Source of the DNA: Cirrosporium novae-zelandiae
Lineage: Eukaryota
Length of the DNA stretch: 64,000 nucleotides
Reading direction: 5' to 3'
Assembly (NCBI GenBank): GCA_026023565.1
Contig: JAPETS010000032.1
Location: 186,001 to 250,000 of the forward strand
Shown here: one piece after another, positions 24,763-36,008 of the stretch
Numbering within the stretch: the first letter of the stretch is position 1
Layout: the number at the start of each line of letters is the position of its first letter
Made by a program: the position numbers and the translations under genes
Notes under the pieces: generated by a model
The model's database searches: none
What the model saw: the letters and a program-made list of their open reading frames with translations, nothing else
What the model was told of the DNA's origin: nothing

Positions 24763-26715
24763 ATGGAGCCCTCGTCCAGTCCCGATAGATACCCAAGTGA
24801 ATCCGCCCCTAGTTCTCCTCCAAGTCCAAGGAAAAGGCGTATGTGGCTTCGTTCATCTGATGAAACAAGTGGAGAAATGACCATCGAAGATTACATCTAT
24901 GGAAGCGATGATTATCGAAAGACTACTGCCTTACCTCGCCTTCCTTTGCCACTACTCGAGAGTAGGATATGGCCTCATTTAAGAGGTAACAGGCTCGAAG
25001 AAGTGCGGGGACCCATAGACAACATTCTGTCGAGTTCTGGGCTCCAAAACTATCATGCATCAATTGTGTGTCTTCGAAAAACCGGGTATACACCCAGCTT
25101 CGAAGTCCCAACACTGAGGGTTTGGGTTAGAGGCGACCGGACCTTGCAATGGCCTCAGATACGAGATACTTTAAAGGAATGTCTCAACCAGCACGATCTT
25201 CCGAATATTGAAGTCGAAATATTCCATCCAGACAAATGTTACCTTCCTTCTTTATTCTCCATATCCCCATCCCATCCCTCCATAAATATTTACAATTCTA
25301 TCAGAGATCAACTATTGAAAGTAGTAGATCAAAAACTACGAACCGCCTGGTTGTCTATGTGTATCTACAAAATTGGCAACACCGAAGATGTTGCTGAGTT
25401 TGCCGTTGTAGTTTATGTGGCACCTTTCACCTATCTCAATTGGAAATCGCTCAAATTCGATCTTGATCGAATTATCAGACCACATCTACCGCATGATTTA
25501 ACCATAGGAGTGGAGTTTCTACCAGGGCATGTTTCTCTCACAGACGACGACTTGGATACAACCTCTGGATTGGATCAAACCTCCGAGCTATCTCGAGTAC
25601 CTATTATGGGATCCAGCTTTGGGATCAGAGGCAGAGAAAGTTCGGGCACTCTAGGTTGTTTCGTCAAATTAACCGTTGGCGACAAAATACACCATGGAGT
25701 GTTAACTAATTATCATGTTGTGGAACCCTTACAAAGTGCGCCAGAAAAGGTAAAACTGCAAGCAGCGCGCTATGGTGCAAGCTACTTTGCGTCTGTGGCT
25801 GATATAGCAACGACAGCCATATTTCCATCCCAAGAAGACAGCATGGCCACCCAGAAAGCATTCAGAAAAGGGATCTCTAATGGTCATAAGATGATAACCG
25901 ACATTCGGAGAGAAATCGAAGAAAGAGAGGAGATAGGAAGGCGGACTGACGGTCTTCGTGTGGAGTTAAAGTCAAGTGAAATAGGATTAAACAGCCTTCA
26001 ACTATCGAAACCCATCGTCGATAGTATCCCGATCACTTTAGGCAAAGTCCTTGTATCGTCTGGAAAACTCGTGGGAGATAATAATATGTTCATTGATTGG
26101 GCTTTTATCGAGCTTAAAAAGGACGCTGCTAAAGATTGGATTGATAACCAGAATATTCTCCCTTCACAGCAACAGATAGGCCTTGTACCATGCAAATACG
26201 GTATCGATGAGAACTACATATACACGATAGGGAGCGGCAAGATAACAAACTTTTCGAAAATGGAAAAAGGAAATTGGTGCTTCAAAACCGGTAGGAGCAC
26301 TGGAATCACTACAGGCATCTGTCATGGTACCGAAGCGTTTGTCAAGCATATTGGAAAGAATCTGAGTTGTTATAACTCCAAGGGCGAAAAAATGCAGCTC
26401 AAAAATACCGTTATTAAATCGTGGATTGTCATTGGGAAATATACGTCTTATGCTACCCGGAAAGTATCACAAGGTGATTTTTGTGCTTCTGGGGACTCGG
26501 GTGCTGCAGTAATCGATGCTAGGGGTAGAGCTGCGGGCCTTCTTTATGGATCGTTGACTGGGCTCTGTGGAGCTATAACTGGAGGCGTGGTCGGCGCTGG
26601 TTTCGTTTGTTCGATGGATGAAGTTGTGGCCTCTATTGAAAGGGCAGCAACTAGTCATGACAAGTTTGGTAATGTTAATGGCCCACGAGCAGAATTGACT
26701 TTACTTTCTTCTTAA
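24763..26715 (+). CDS. Intronless intracellular trypsin-fold (PA clan) serine protease with a long N-terminal domain, Ssy5/Nal1-like architecture
   Basis: 650-aa ORF with SSGTLGCF, catalytic His in LTNYHVV (25714), Asp in IDWAFIEL (26095), KTGRSTGITTG, and Ser in GDSGA (26497). No signal peptide. Confidence 0.8.
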   Translation: MEPSSSPDRYPSESAPSSPPSPRKRRMWLRSSDETSGEMTIEDYIYGSDDYRKTTALPRLPLPLLESRIWPHLRGNRLEEVRGPIDNILSSSGLQNYHASIVCLRKTGYTPSFEVPTLRVWVRGDRTLQWPQIRDTLKECLNQHDLPNIEVEIFHPDKCYLPSLFSISPSHPSINIYNSIRDQLLKVVDQKLRTAWLSMCIYKIGNTEDVAEFAVVVYVAPFTYLNWKSLKFDLDRIIRPHLPHDLTIGVEFLPGHVSLTDDDLDTTSGLDQTSELSRVPIMGSSFGIRGRESSGTLGCFVKLTVGDKIHHGVLTNYHVVEPLQSAPEKVKLQAARYGASYFASVADIATTAIFPSQEDSMATQKAFRKGISNGHKMITDIRREIEEREEIGRRTDGLRVELKSSEIGLNSLQLSKPIVDSIPITLGKVLVSSGKLVGDNNMFIDWAFIELKKDAAKDWIDNQNILPSQQQIGLVPCKYGIDENYIYTIGSGKITNFSKMEKGNWCFKTGRSTGITTGICHGTEAFVKHIGKNLSCYNSKGEKMQLKNTVIKSWIVIGKYTSYATRKVSQGDFCASGDSGAAVIDARGRAAGLLYGSLTGLCGAITGGVVGAGFVCSMDEVVASIERAATSHDKFGNVNGPRAELTLLSS

Positions 26716-26907
26716 AAATGATAGCTTAGAAGCAACATAGAGACAATAAAATGAGTCATCATTATCACTAAATAAATGGCTACCGATAATAGTATGATAC
26801 GATTCTAGGAATATAAAGGTGTTGTGCTGTTAAAGCATAAACCCTTCGCGGGGTAGTTAATCCTTGAATGTTTGTTAGTACGCCCCCAGGACTGGCGTGC
26901 CTTGACA

Positions 26908-27234
26908 GAGTTAGTTGGGTTACCCACCAAAAATTGTTATTGCCTGCATCACTCATTCTCTTCACCAACCATTTCTTATTGCCTCAGTAACAAGCCTCAG
27001 TTGGACGTTCAGTCGGACGCCCAGTTGTAGGCCCAGTAGCAAGGCTCGGTAGCAAAAGCCCCAGTCAGTACCTCAGTCAGGCACCTCAGTCAGGCACCTC
27101 AGCCAGAATTTTTCCACACGTTCGAACATCACGTGTCACAATCAAAATATTAATAAAACATGGTTGGTGAAATGAATTGATCCAGGAGGTTACCATGTTA
27201 CTCAGTAGATTTTTGGTGGGTGACCAACCAACTC
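26908..27234. mobile_element. MITE-like non-autonomous element of about 327 bp with ~26 bp terminal inverted repeats
   Basis: Left GAGTTAGTTGGGTTACCCACCAAAAAT (26908-26934) versus the reverse complement of 27209-27234, GAGTTGGTTGGTCACCCACCAAAAAT: 2 transitions and 1 indel. Internal degenerate CTCAGTCAGGCAC-type array at about 26995-27105. No clear TSD. Confidence 0.6.
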
Positions 27235-27540
27235 CCGGGAGCTGACTACTTTATTAGATAAGGTCCATGTTTTTTTTTTTTTTACAGTAGATAAATACTT
27301 GGTATCTAGTCCTGAAAGGGGTCCTACCGTTCACATGGGACCTCTTTCAGTCATTATTTGAAATAACTAGGAGCAAGGGACGTTACTGGTAGGCATCATA
27401 CATATGAGGATAACTATTTCTATGGATTTGGATATACTGCGATGTCGGAAGGTGATTATTGTTACCAAGGAAATCTTTGATTTTGGTTGTGTGAATGCTA
27501 TTCATTCATCACCTATGGTGGGTATAGAGGTATATAGACA

Positions 27541-28445
27541 CTATAACAAAGGGAAGAACAGGCACATGCGGATTGTACAGTACCAACATGTGAAGTTAGG
27601 TAAGTATTCATGCATACCAAGGAACCACACAAAAGAAACACCAATCAGAGGCACTGCATCCAAGTACCATTCAGCGAGCGCATTTGCAACAAAAGAAAAC
27701 CATTCATGGTGCTGCTCGACAAATGAAATCATTCAGACGGATGTTTGTTTCGAGCCGAGGTTAGAGGTTAGCTAGAACGAAATTAATCGTCCGTCGCAAA
27801 ATTATCTCTCTAAGCTCGAAGGTTGGAGCATAGTGTGGATGCTAAAGCAGAGGCTCATAGATTAGAGCGTATCATCTCGATATTAGTCTTCGTTGATGTC
27901 AATACACAAGAAGAGCTGGTAAACATAAGTAATTCTGCGCTAATATTGCAGCCAACAATGCAGACATACCCATTGATGAAATATCGGGCCTCAATCCAAG
28001 GCACTCTTACTTTATAATAGTAACGACGTCGATGATACAATAACCCGAATCGCAATGTGATTGAAATATAGGTTTACCGATCAACGTCGTAGAAGTGATC
28101 ATTGGTGGCGGTGCAGATGTGTATACAATGTATAGCTCATTCAAATCGTAAGATCGTTCAAATTCGTTGACATGATCGTTATCCGTTACCACCGGTTACA
28201 TAGTCATCAATGTTCGTATTTCCAACTCATAGCGGTTTTTTTCTTGGTCCTTTCCAATCCTTGCCTATCCGTCGCACACGAGGTTCAGTAGTCGGGCCCA
28301 ACAGGGATAATTGATCCCCGTAAAAGAAAACTAGCGGGGCTCCATGGTGCTGGAGGGGCTTGACAGAGTGTTCTTCGGGAGTCGAGACCGTGGGTGTGGT
28401 GAGGAAAGTGAGGATGGAAAGAAGGGCAGTTAAGATGAGGTTCAT
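27541..28445 (-). pseudogene. Possible decayed gene for a secreted or membrane protein
   Basis: 28445-28227 starts with a signal-peptide-like MNLILTALLSILTFLTTPTVS. It is followed by short collinear minus-strand ORF fragments (28192-28007, 28055-27855, 27732-27541) in complex, non-repetitive DNA. Confidence 0.3.
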
Positions 28446-29873
28446 CCCTAAGAACTAATTAATCATAGCACTTTGGTATCTGTCGCAAGACAGCCCTTCC
28501 TCAAGGGAAGAAACGTTCTAAGGGAGGGGAAGATAGATCTTATATCATGAGCGGGGTAATTTTTTGTTTGAGTTTTCCATATCACCAATTCGTTCTGAGA
28601 TAAACACGTGGCAAGCGGTGAGAAAAAGTGGTGAGACCCATCGGTACTATTACTCCAAGCCCGATGATAATTAATACCCAAACAGGCGTACAGTTTGACC
28701 AAGGGTGCATTAGATCAAGAGATTGTACTTGTAGTAGAAGATCTTTCACATTCAAAGCATGATATGTAACCGTACTGTAGATAGACTACCCCTCATGATT
28801 ACAACATGTCCTAGCTTTTTCAAGCAAATAAATAATAGGTTAAATCATGTGATTGCAGAGGGTCTAGGTCTGGGTTGACCGCTCCATCCACTGCGAGCCG
28901 AGAATTGAGGCTCTAGCAATATTTAAGAAAATATGGAGAGGACACGAAAAGTAGCAATAGGAAATAGTGGCTTGAATGGATGCAAAAAGAAGACTTTTTT
29001 TCGAGAGAGGACAGGCGAACGTGAACCAACAAGCCAAACGTTCATATAATCAACAGAATATCAATCCCCAAGATTAACTTAAATCTATACGAAAGTCTAT
29101 ACGAAAGTCAATTGCAATAAGCTAAAAAGCTACGAACTCTTTTCACACCATCACAATAAGAAGCGCGAAATATCATGATGGTATGCATGTTCATAACAAA
29201 AACAATCATCATCATAGCTTCCCTCTGTCGTTATGTCTTCGGTTTGAATACACAGCAGTAAATCAGTAAATCAGTAAATCAGAAGAATAGGAATCGTTGG
29301 TTAACACTAATAGAATAATAGCTTTCAAAGAAAATTGGCTGACCTGAAAACGAGTTAACCATGGATTCAAAGCTTGATGGCCAAATGGTCGACTTTCAAG
29401 TACTGGTGGTCTCGTACCTGTCGTATAGTCGTACACAATTGACTAGTTAGTTCTTGACGAAGGATGATTGCTCAAAGGTCCCTTCAGGTCATGAAATCCC
29501 CACGTCATTCTCGGATGTTAGGAAACCAGAGCTGAGCTGCTGACAGACCAATTGCTCCATCTGTCTTTATTTGCGATGCTTACACAATTCATTAGTCTTG
29601 TTAAATGCTTGGTGAGAAAGAGAGGGGTTAATGGGTATTTAATTTTCTCAAGCTTTGCAGTTCCAGGAATTGTTACCCAGGATAACGAACAGATGATCAA
29701 ATCACATAATCAATTATTGAATTCTTCGTTGATCTCATGATGAAAAAGAAGTAAAAGAAAGAGTGTATTGTACTCAGTATACCCAGGTAGACAGTATTGG
29801 ATTAATTAATGAAGAGTCGGCAGGCAATGAAGGGCCCGGCACACCCGAACGGAGAATCGGTATTTGCGTTGCT

Positions 29874-29916
29874 GCTTGATGGCTTGATGGCTTGATGGCT
29901 TGATGGCTTGATGGCT
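29874..29916. repeat. Perfect tandem repeat (GCTTGATG)x5
   Basis: Read directly. Confidence 0.95.
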
Positions 29917-30872
29917 GGGGTCTTAGTGGAATGGATCAAAGCTTTAAGCTTTCTTGAGCTTAGTTTTTGATCCTTAGGGGAATTTTCCCCCTTGAAAGAG
30001 CCAGGATCTATCATGTTCGAAAGGCTGACTGTGACAGTTGTACACCTTTTGTATGTGTGGAAGGATGACCTTGATTGGGGAGGAGTGGGAGGGATGGGGG
30101 CACAGAAGGATGGTGATCGGACCATCGGACATCGGACATCGGGTATTTAAAATTAGCGAGCCTATCCAACCTATCCAGCCTGTCCAGCCTGTCGAGGACT
30201 GTTTTGTGATTGTTTATCTAATTTCAAAAAAGGAAGGAACAACTAGACTAGAAAGAACCGAAACGCTTTTGAAAATCACACCTCTCCCCCCCCCCCAGGC
30301 GTGCCAGGCAATTAATTGCCGCCTCCTTGTACTTTTTGTAGATTCGTAGACAGTTAGGTTACTGAGACAAATCTCCCCCCCTACCATTTTACGATCTACA
30401 CGGCGTATTGACCTTTTAGTTACACTCATCTCCTCTCTTACTATATCCCTCCCCTCTCTTCCTGAAATTGTTAATCCATTATTGGTGTTGGAGTTCAATT
30501 TTCTTGCCAGCTTTCCAATCCGTGTGTCAAGCGTCCTAGAGTCAGAGAGTCCAAGGAGTCAGAGAGTCAACCCAGATCTCTCCCGAGGGAGTACCGTCAA
30601 GCCACAAGCCAATTCTGACAGGTGCGTGCCTTGCATCGCATTTGTTCATTTGTTCATTTGTTCATTCGTTCATTCTAATTGTGGCATAGACAATCGGCTG
30701 CTCACGGAATCTGTGAACACCTTGTGGATACTCGCAGAGTTGCAGATACTATCGAAGGAAAAAAAAGCGCCCAAGAGAGCGATCTTCTCGGTATCCTAGG
30801 AAGAATCACATTCACTCCACTCTCCAGCCACCGCGGAAATAAACTTGGACCTTGCCGAGTAATCTGAATACC

Positions 30873-30887
30873 ATGCGCGTCGCCTGA
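30873..30887 (+). promoter_or_regulatory. Candidate uORF (MRVA*) in the LCB2 leader
   Basis: ACC-ATG-CGC-GTC-GCC-TGA is the only ATG between 30113 and the LCB2 start. A leader intron at 30622-30689 supports transcription through it. Confidence 0.5.
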
Positions 30888-31114
30888 ATTGGAAATAGAA
30901 AACTATACTTGAGAAAGTTATCGGTTTTGCAACAGCACTGTCGTCAAACCTCCGTTAGATATTGGAATTTGGAAGCTCCCGCCACCTGTTCATTTTGCTA
31001 CAAAGCCCCCGACCACTTAAAAGTCCACCCCTGGTAGATATAGACGTGTGACGCTATCGTGGAGGATCGATATCTTGAACTCCAGCAGTGTTTTCCAACA
31101 TCTCATCCGTTGCA

Positions 31115-33160
31115 ATGCCTCGTCGACTAAGCAGTCCCTTCTCCAGCAACACTCCCTCCCCATTGCCGGCCCAAGTTCCCTCGAATGAGAAGGCCAATAC
31201 ACTTCCCAGGTCAAAGTCAACTCGCATAGCTCAATTCTTCTCGACTGCTCCAAGATCAAAGAACGAGAGTCAGACTGCGCACGCCGCTTTACTCGCTGCC
31301 GCTACGGCTCAGCAACAGCTCCTTCTAAACTCGCCATCTGCTGCTCCCATCAGCTCGGCGTCACTGTCTCTACCGACCATCTCTCTGTCAACAGCTACTG
31401 CCGATAATTCGAATATGGACGAGCCTCCAACTACCCTTTTCAAACCACTTTCTCAAACCGAGGCTCGCAAGCTTGCTAAACAACATGCACAATTCGGTCC
31501 TTTAGGAAGCCCGAGCCACAGATATAGCAGTAGCTTCAGGGGAACCGACTTTCCAGATGCTGTTATTGACGACCCACCATACTTTTATCTGTTCACCACT
31601 TATCTCAGCTTTCTGGTACTGATTGTGTTCGGTCATATCCGTGATTTCTTCGGAAAGATTTTTCGTGCTCGAAACTACAAGCATTTGAAAGAACAAAATG
31701 GCTATGCACCTCTGCACGATGATTTTGATAATTTCTACATTCGTCGCCTGAAGACTCGTATCAATGACTGCTTTGCCAGACCAACAACAGGCGTCCCGGG
31801 ACGATATGTGACACTGCTCGATCGTAAAACTAATGATTATGGTGTGTCGTTTCAATTAACGGGGACAACGACCGAGACTCTCAATCTAAGTTCCTACAAC
31901 TACCTTGGTTTTGCTCAATCCGAAGGACCATGTGCAGATGCTGCCGAAGAAAGTGTTAGAAAGTACGGAATCAGTTATACCAGCTCAAGAGCTGATGCTG
32001 GAACTTCCGAGCTGCATACCGAATGTGAAGAGCTTATTGCTGACTTTGTCGGAAAGCCTGCAGCCATGGTTTTTTCGATGGGATTTGTAACCAATTCTAT
32101 GGCCTTTCAAGCTTTGGTAGGAAAGGGATGTCTGGTTATTTCGGATGAATTGAACCACGCGTCTATTCGATTCGGTGTTCGTCTCTCTGGTGCCATCATC
32201 AATATGTGCAAGCACAATGACATGCAAGACCTTGGGCGACTTTTGCGGAAAGTCATTGCTCAGGGTCAACCACGAACCCATCGTCCGTGGAAAAAGATTT
32301 TGGTGGTAGTTGAGGGTCTATACTCGATGGAAGGGACAATGTGCAACTTGCCCGATCTCCTCAAGCTGAAGAGGAGATATAAGTTTAATCTTTTCATCGA
32401 CGAGGCGCATTCTATTGGTGCATTAGGACCCAAGGGCCGGGGTGTATGCGACTATTTCGGTGTTGATACTTCTGAAGTTGACATTCTCATGGGTACTCTG
32501 ACCAAATCGTTTGGTGCCAACGGTGGATATATCGCTGGTGACAAAGCTGTCATTGACAAACTCCGCGTTACAAATGCTGCAACTTTGTACGGAGAAAGTC
32601 CCACCGTTCCTGTGATTGCGCAAATTGTTAGTTCTCTTCGCGTTATTAAAGGCGAGATTGCTCCTGGACAGGGTGAAGAACGTCTTCAACGGCTGGCCTT
32701 CAATTCTCGCTATTTGAGACTTGGCTTGAAACGGCTCGGGTTTATTACCTATGGTCACGATGATTCCCCTATTATTCCGGTACTTCTCTATAACCCGGCT
32801 AAAATGCCAGCGTTTTCACATGAGATGTTGAAACGTAAGATTGCCGTGGTCATCGTTAGTTACCCAGCTACCCCTCTTGCCACTGGCCGAGCAAGATTTT
32901 GTGTTTCTGCAGCCCACAACAAGGACGATCTTGATAGGGTTCTGGCTGCTTGTGATGAAATTGGCTCGGTACTACAGATCAAGTTTTCCAGCGGGGTCGC
33001 TGGGGGTGCTGAACCCTTGCCTGAAGGCATCACGTTGGAGATGGAAAAAGAGCAAAGACGTAGGGCTCAGAGGGGTGAGATCGTCCTCAAGCCTCCTCGG
33101 TGGCACCTTGAAGATGTCATCAGACGAGGTGTGCAGGATGTCAAGGTCCCTTTGAGATAG
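31115..33160 (+). CDS. LCB2: Serine palmitoyltransferase catalytic subunit 2
   Basis: LNLSSYNYLGF, SDELNHASI, EGLYSMEG, DEAHSIGALG, PLP-lysine motif GTLTKSFG, RARFCVSAAH. Intronless CDS from ATG 31115. Confidence 0.97.
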   Translation: MPRRLSSPFSSNTPSPLPAQVPSNEKANTLPRSKSTRIAQFFSTAPRSKNESQTAHAALLAAATAQQQLLLNSPSAAPISSASLSLPTISLSTATADNSNMDEPPTTLFKPLSQTEARKLAKQHAQFGPLGSPSHRYSSSFRGTDFPDAVIDDPPYFYLFTTYLSFLVLIVFGHIRDFFGKIFRARNYKHLKEQNGYAPLHDDFDNFYIRRLKTRINDCFARPTTGVPGRYVTLLDRKTNDYGVSFQLTGTTTETLNLSSYNYLGFAQSEGPCADAAEESVRKYGISYTSSRADAGTSELHTECEELIADFVGKPAAMVFSMGFVTNSMAFQALVGKGCLVISDELNHASIRFGVRLSGAIINMCKHNDMQDLGRLLRKVIAQGQPRTHRPWKKILVVVEGLYSMEGTMCNLPDLLKLKRRYKFNLFIDEAHSIGALGPKGRGVCDYFGVDTSEVDILMGTLTKSFGANGGYIAGDKAVIDKLRVTNAATLYGESPTVPVIAQIVSSLRVIKGEIAPGQGEERLQRLAFNSRYLRLGLKRLGFITYGHDDSPIIPVLLYNPAKMPAFSHEMLKRKIAVVIVSYPATPLATGRARFCVSAAHNKDDLDRVLAACDEIGSVLQIKFSSGVAGGAEPLPEGITLEMEKEQRRRAQRGEIVLKPPRWHLEDVIRRGVQDVKVPLR

Positions 33161-36008
33161 GAAATAATCATAACGGCATCTTACGACCAGGACAGTACTT
33201 CCGAGCTTCGAGTACTTGATCCTATGCCTCGTCAACGACCTTCGTTACACGTTTTCAATTCCATTTGACGATGCAAATAGACGACAGTGAAATGGTGATT
33301 CTTATGATACAGCTATGGTATAGGGCGAATGGGGTTTACCGTGTGAGGTTATTTCTTTCTTCGATTCTGGGACGGTCGTTTACAAAAGCTACATCTTGTC
33401 CCCCAAAAGTGTTTTGTTCCGGCATGCAATATATCAATGCTGGAACAACAGCTCGTGACTAATACCTTACATTCGCCCTCTTCTAATATTGGTTTCTACA
33501 ACATGAGAGGCTGCGTCTGTACATAGAGGTCTGAGGTGAAGGTGACCCTCAGAAAATTATCATACCTTACAGTACTACTAGTTTTTGATAACCTTGAGGG
33601 GAACCGGCTTTCTCTCAATCGGTCTTACCTAATAATGTTGATTTATAAAATTTTTGAAATCATGCCTCATATTGTCCTTCCTCTTTATATAACGTTAGAG
33701 TATTGAACCTGGGTTAGGAGTAAATTGTGTATTGTCTCAGCCCTTGATGGTGTAGGTTAAATGTTGAAATATGGGTGTACATCTGAGATGTTCATTCAAA
33801 TAGGGCGTAGTAAATCGCATAACTCGCAAAATATTCCCATCGTACATCTTACCCCTGCAGTTGAGTTACTAGTTTGCCAATATCCTTTTGCGCAGCATCT
33901 AGTTCAAGAATTTTGAATCAGTATATTAGAAGTAAGTGTCATGTTTTTGTTGTTGCCATTCCTCGAAGCCTTGGTAGCCATTAAATTTGCGTGCTCGTTC
34001 GACTACAACGCTAGCGAAACTAATATACTTGCTTCTTTTCATGCCCAAAACAAGGAGGTAGGACACGGAGGAATAATCCACTGCAATTAATATTGAAACT
34101 CGCTATGCAAGTAGGGTCGATCTCAATGACGAGCCCAAGCAAGCGGGCAAACAACCCCACTCTATCCAGGGTTTAAAGAACACCGTCAACAGTAGCATTA
34201 GGTACATATACAATCTTGTCAACGAATCAGATGATACCAGCGATCAGCCCTTGGGGTTTGACCCCTAGATATATAGAAGAATTATGGTCATTGATTTCTT
34301 ATATGTCAAAGTCGGACATGAATGTGATGAGCATGGAGTATAGTATATGTGCATTCGAGAAACTGTAAATGACAAAGGCAAAGATTTAAGATATTAGGGA
34401 TTTAATTCGCTGGTCGTTTTGCTATAGAATTCTGGGAGCTGGGAGTTGACGATTTACTGTAGTAACTATAAGGTGATTACTATCGTGATCGATAATGCAG
34501 AGAATATTAGACCCAAGGAAAGCCAGCGCCCTTATTGCGCAGATATGAGCCGCATTCGTAATACTCGTATGAAGTAGAAGCTTTATTTTTTCTCCATCTC
34601 TACGCCCTTGTTGTATGTTCTGCAAATCGGAATCGAGGTTTGCTATGAGGCTTAGCGCAAGTAAGGGCATATATGCCAAGGTTAGAAAGATGCGGTCGTC
34701 ATCTCCCACCTGTTCATGCAAAAAATTGGAGTCACGACGGCGCCCTACTAATTGTGAAAGGGCCGAGAAAAAAAAGAAGCAAAAAGAAAAAGAAAAAAAA
34801 GCACCAGACCCACGGTTCGTCGGTTAGCCTTTTTGCCTTGCTGCCTTGTTTACTTGTGAGCGCTGCCCTGTTTGCCACCCTTGGAGGATTTTTCAAGGAG
34901 GGCGGAAGGCGCAGTTTGTTTGTAGGGCAAGGGCAATAGCCGATTACCAATATACTCCCAATTCGGCTTAGTACTGTCATTTCTGCCAACCTCACTGGTA
35001 ACACATACGCCCTGAATACCAATCACCATCCCATCAATTTTGATATCTCTAACCTCCGTTGAGACTTAGTATAGTAACATGTGTGTGTATATGTGTGTCA
35101 CTGCCCTTCACTTCAGCCTTACCCCTCGCTTGATCTTCGCTCAAGCAAACTCATCCCTCAGGTACTCTAACTTCCCCTTCACTCGAACCCCCTCTACTCC
35201 GCCTACGATGTACAGACAACCTTTAAGTCTATTACCTTCTTCGTAATTATGAGCACCTTTGTTTCAGCGCTTATGGTCCGGGCCTGGTCCGCTCCAAGCA
35301 GGGTTGGCGAACCGTTCAAAGTATCCGACATCTTCAAGAACTAATGTCTATCATACAGTATGAACTGTTGCTTATTATCAATTATGGTTTGCGAAATAGG
35401 TAAAATTTCACCGCTTCTCTATATTTTTTCTATTCGTATTGGGCATAGAAGTATAGGTACAAATGTGACATTTGTTCGATCAGAGGAACGGGGCGTGAAA
35501 GGCAGTTTCCAGCTGCAGCAAATATGCAAGCTTGAGGGGTTACCGCATTCGATTGGGGTACCGCGCCAAGCGCATCAAGCTTCTCGACCAACAGGGTGTT
35601 CTGTATCCTTGGTCAACGTGAGGCTAAGAAAAAAATCATACTCAATTGATATCTAGTTGCCTGGCGTTTGGAGTCAGCTTCCCCTCCCTTTTGATATGAT
35701 CCTCAATTGAAGGGGGGGCCGCAAATACCGTTGCCTCCGCTGGGTGGCTTTGATCCCTTCTTCCATCAGGCTCCTGAAACTTGATTTCTAATAACAGTTA
35801 ATATATTGTTTGCTCGCCCCGGTTATTACTTCGTGATGTGTTCACCTGCCTTCTTCAGCCTCAAAAAAATTGTACTAAAGGAGCTCTGATTCTCTTGATA
35901 TCCACTCTCATCCCGAGATTGCCCCAAACCTTACTTATTAACTTAACTTCCCATTGTTGATTGATCCCTGCCCATTACACATTTGCTTCACCTTGGGCAT
36001 TAGCCTTC

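Noticed and set aside
15489..33160. Flippase, acetoacetyl-CoA synthetase and LCB2 as a lipid gene cluster
   Set aside because: Housekeeping genes from different pathways, no shared motif seen, and interrupted by accessory DNA.
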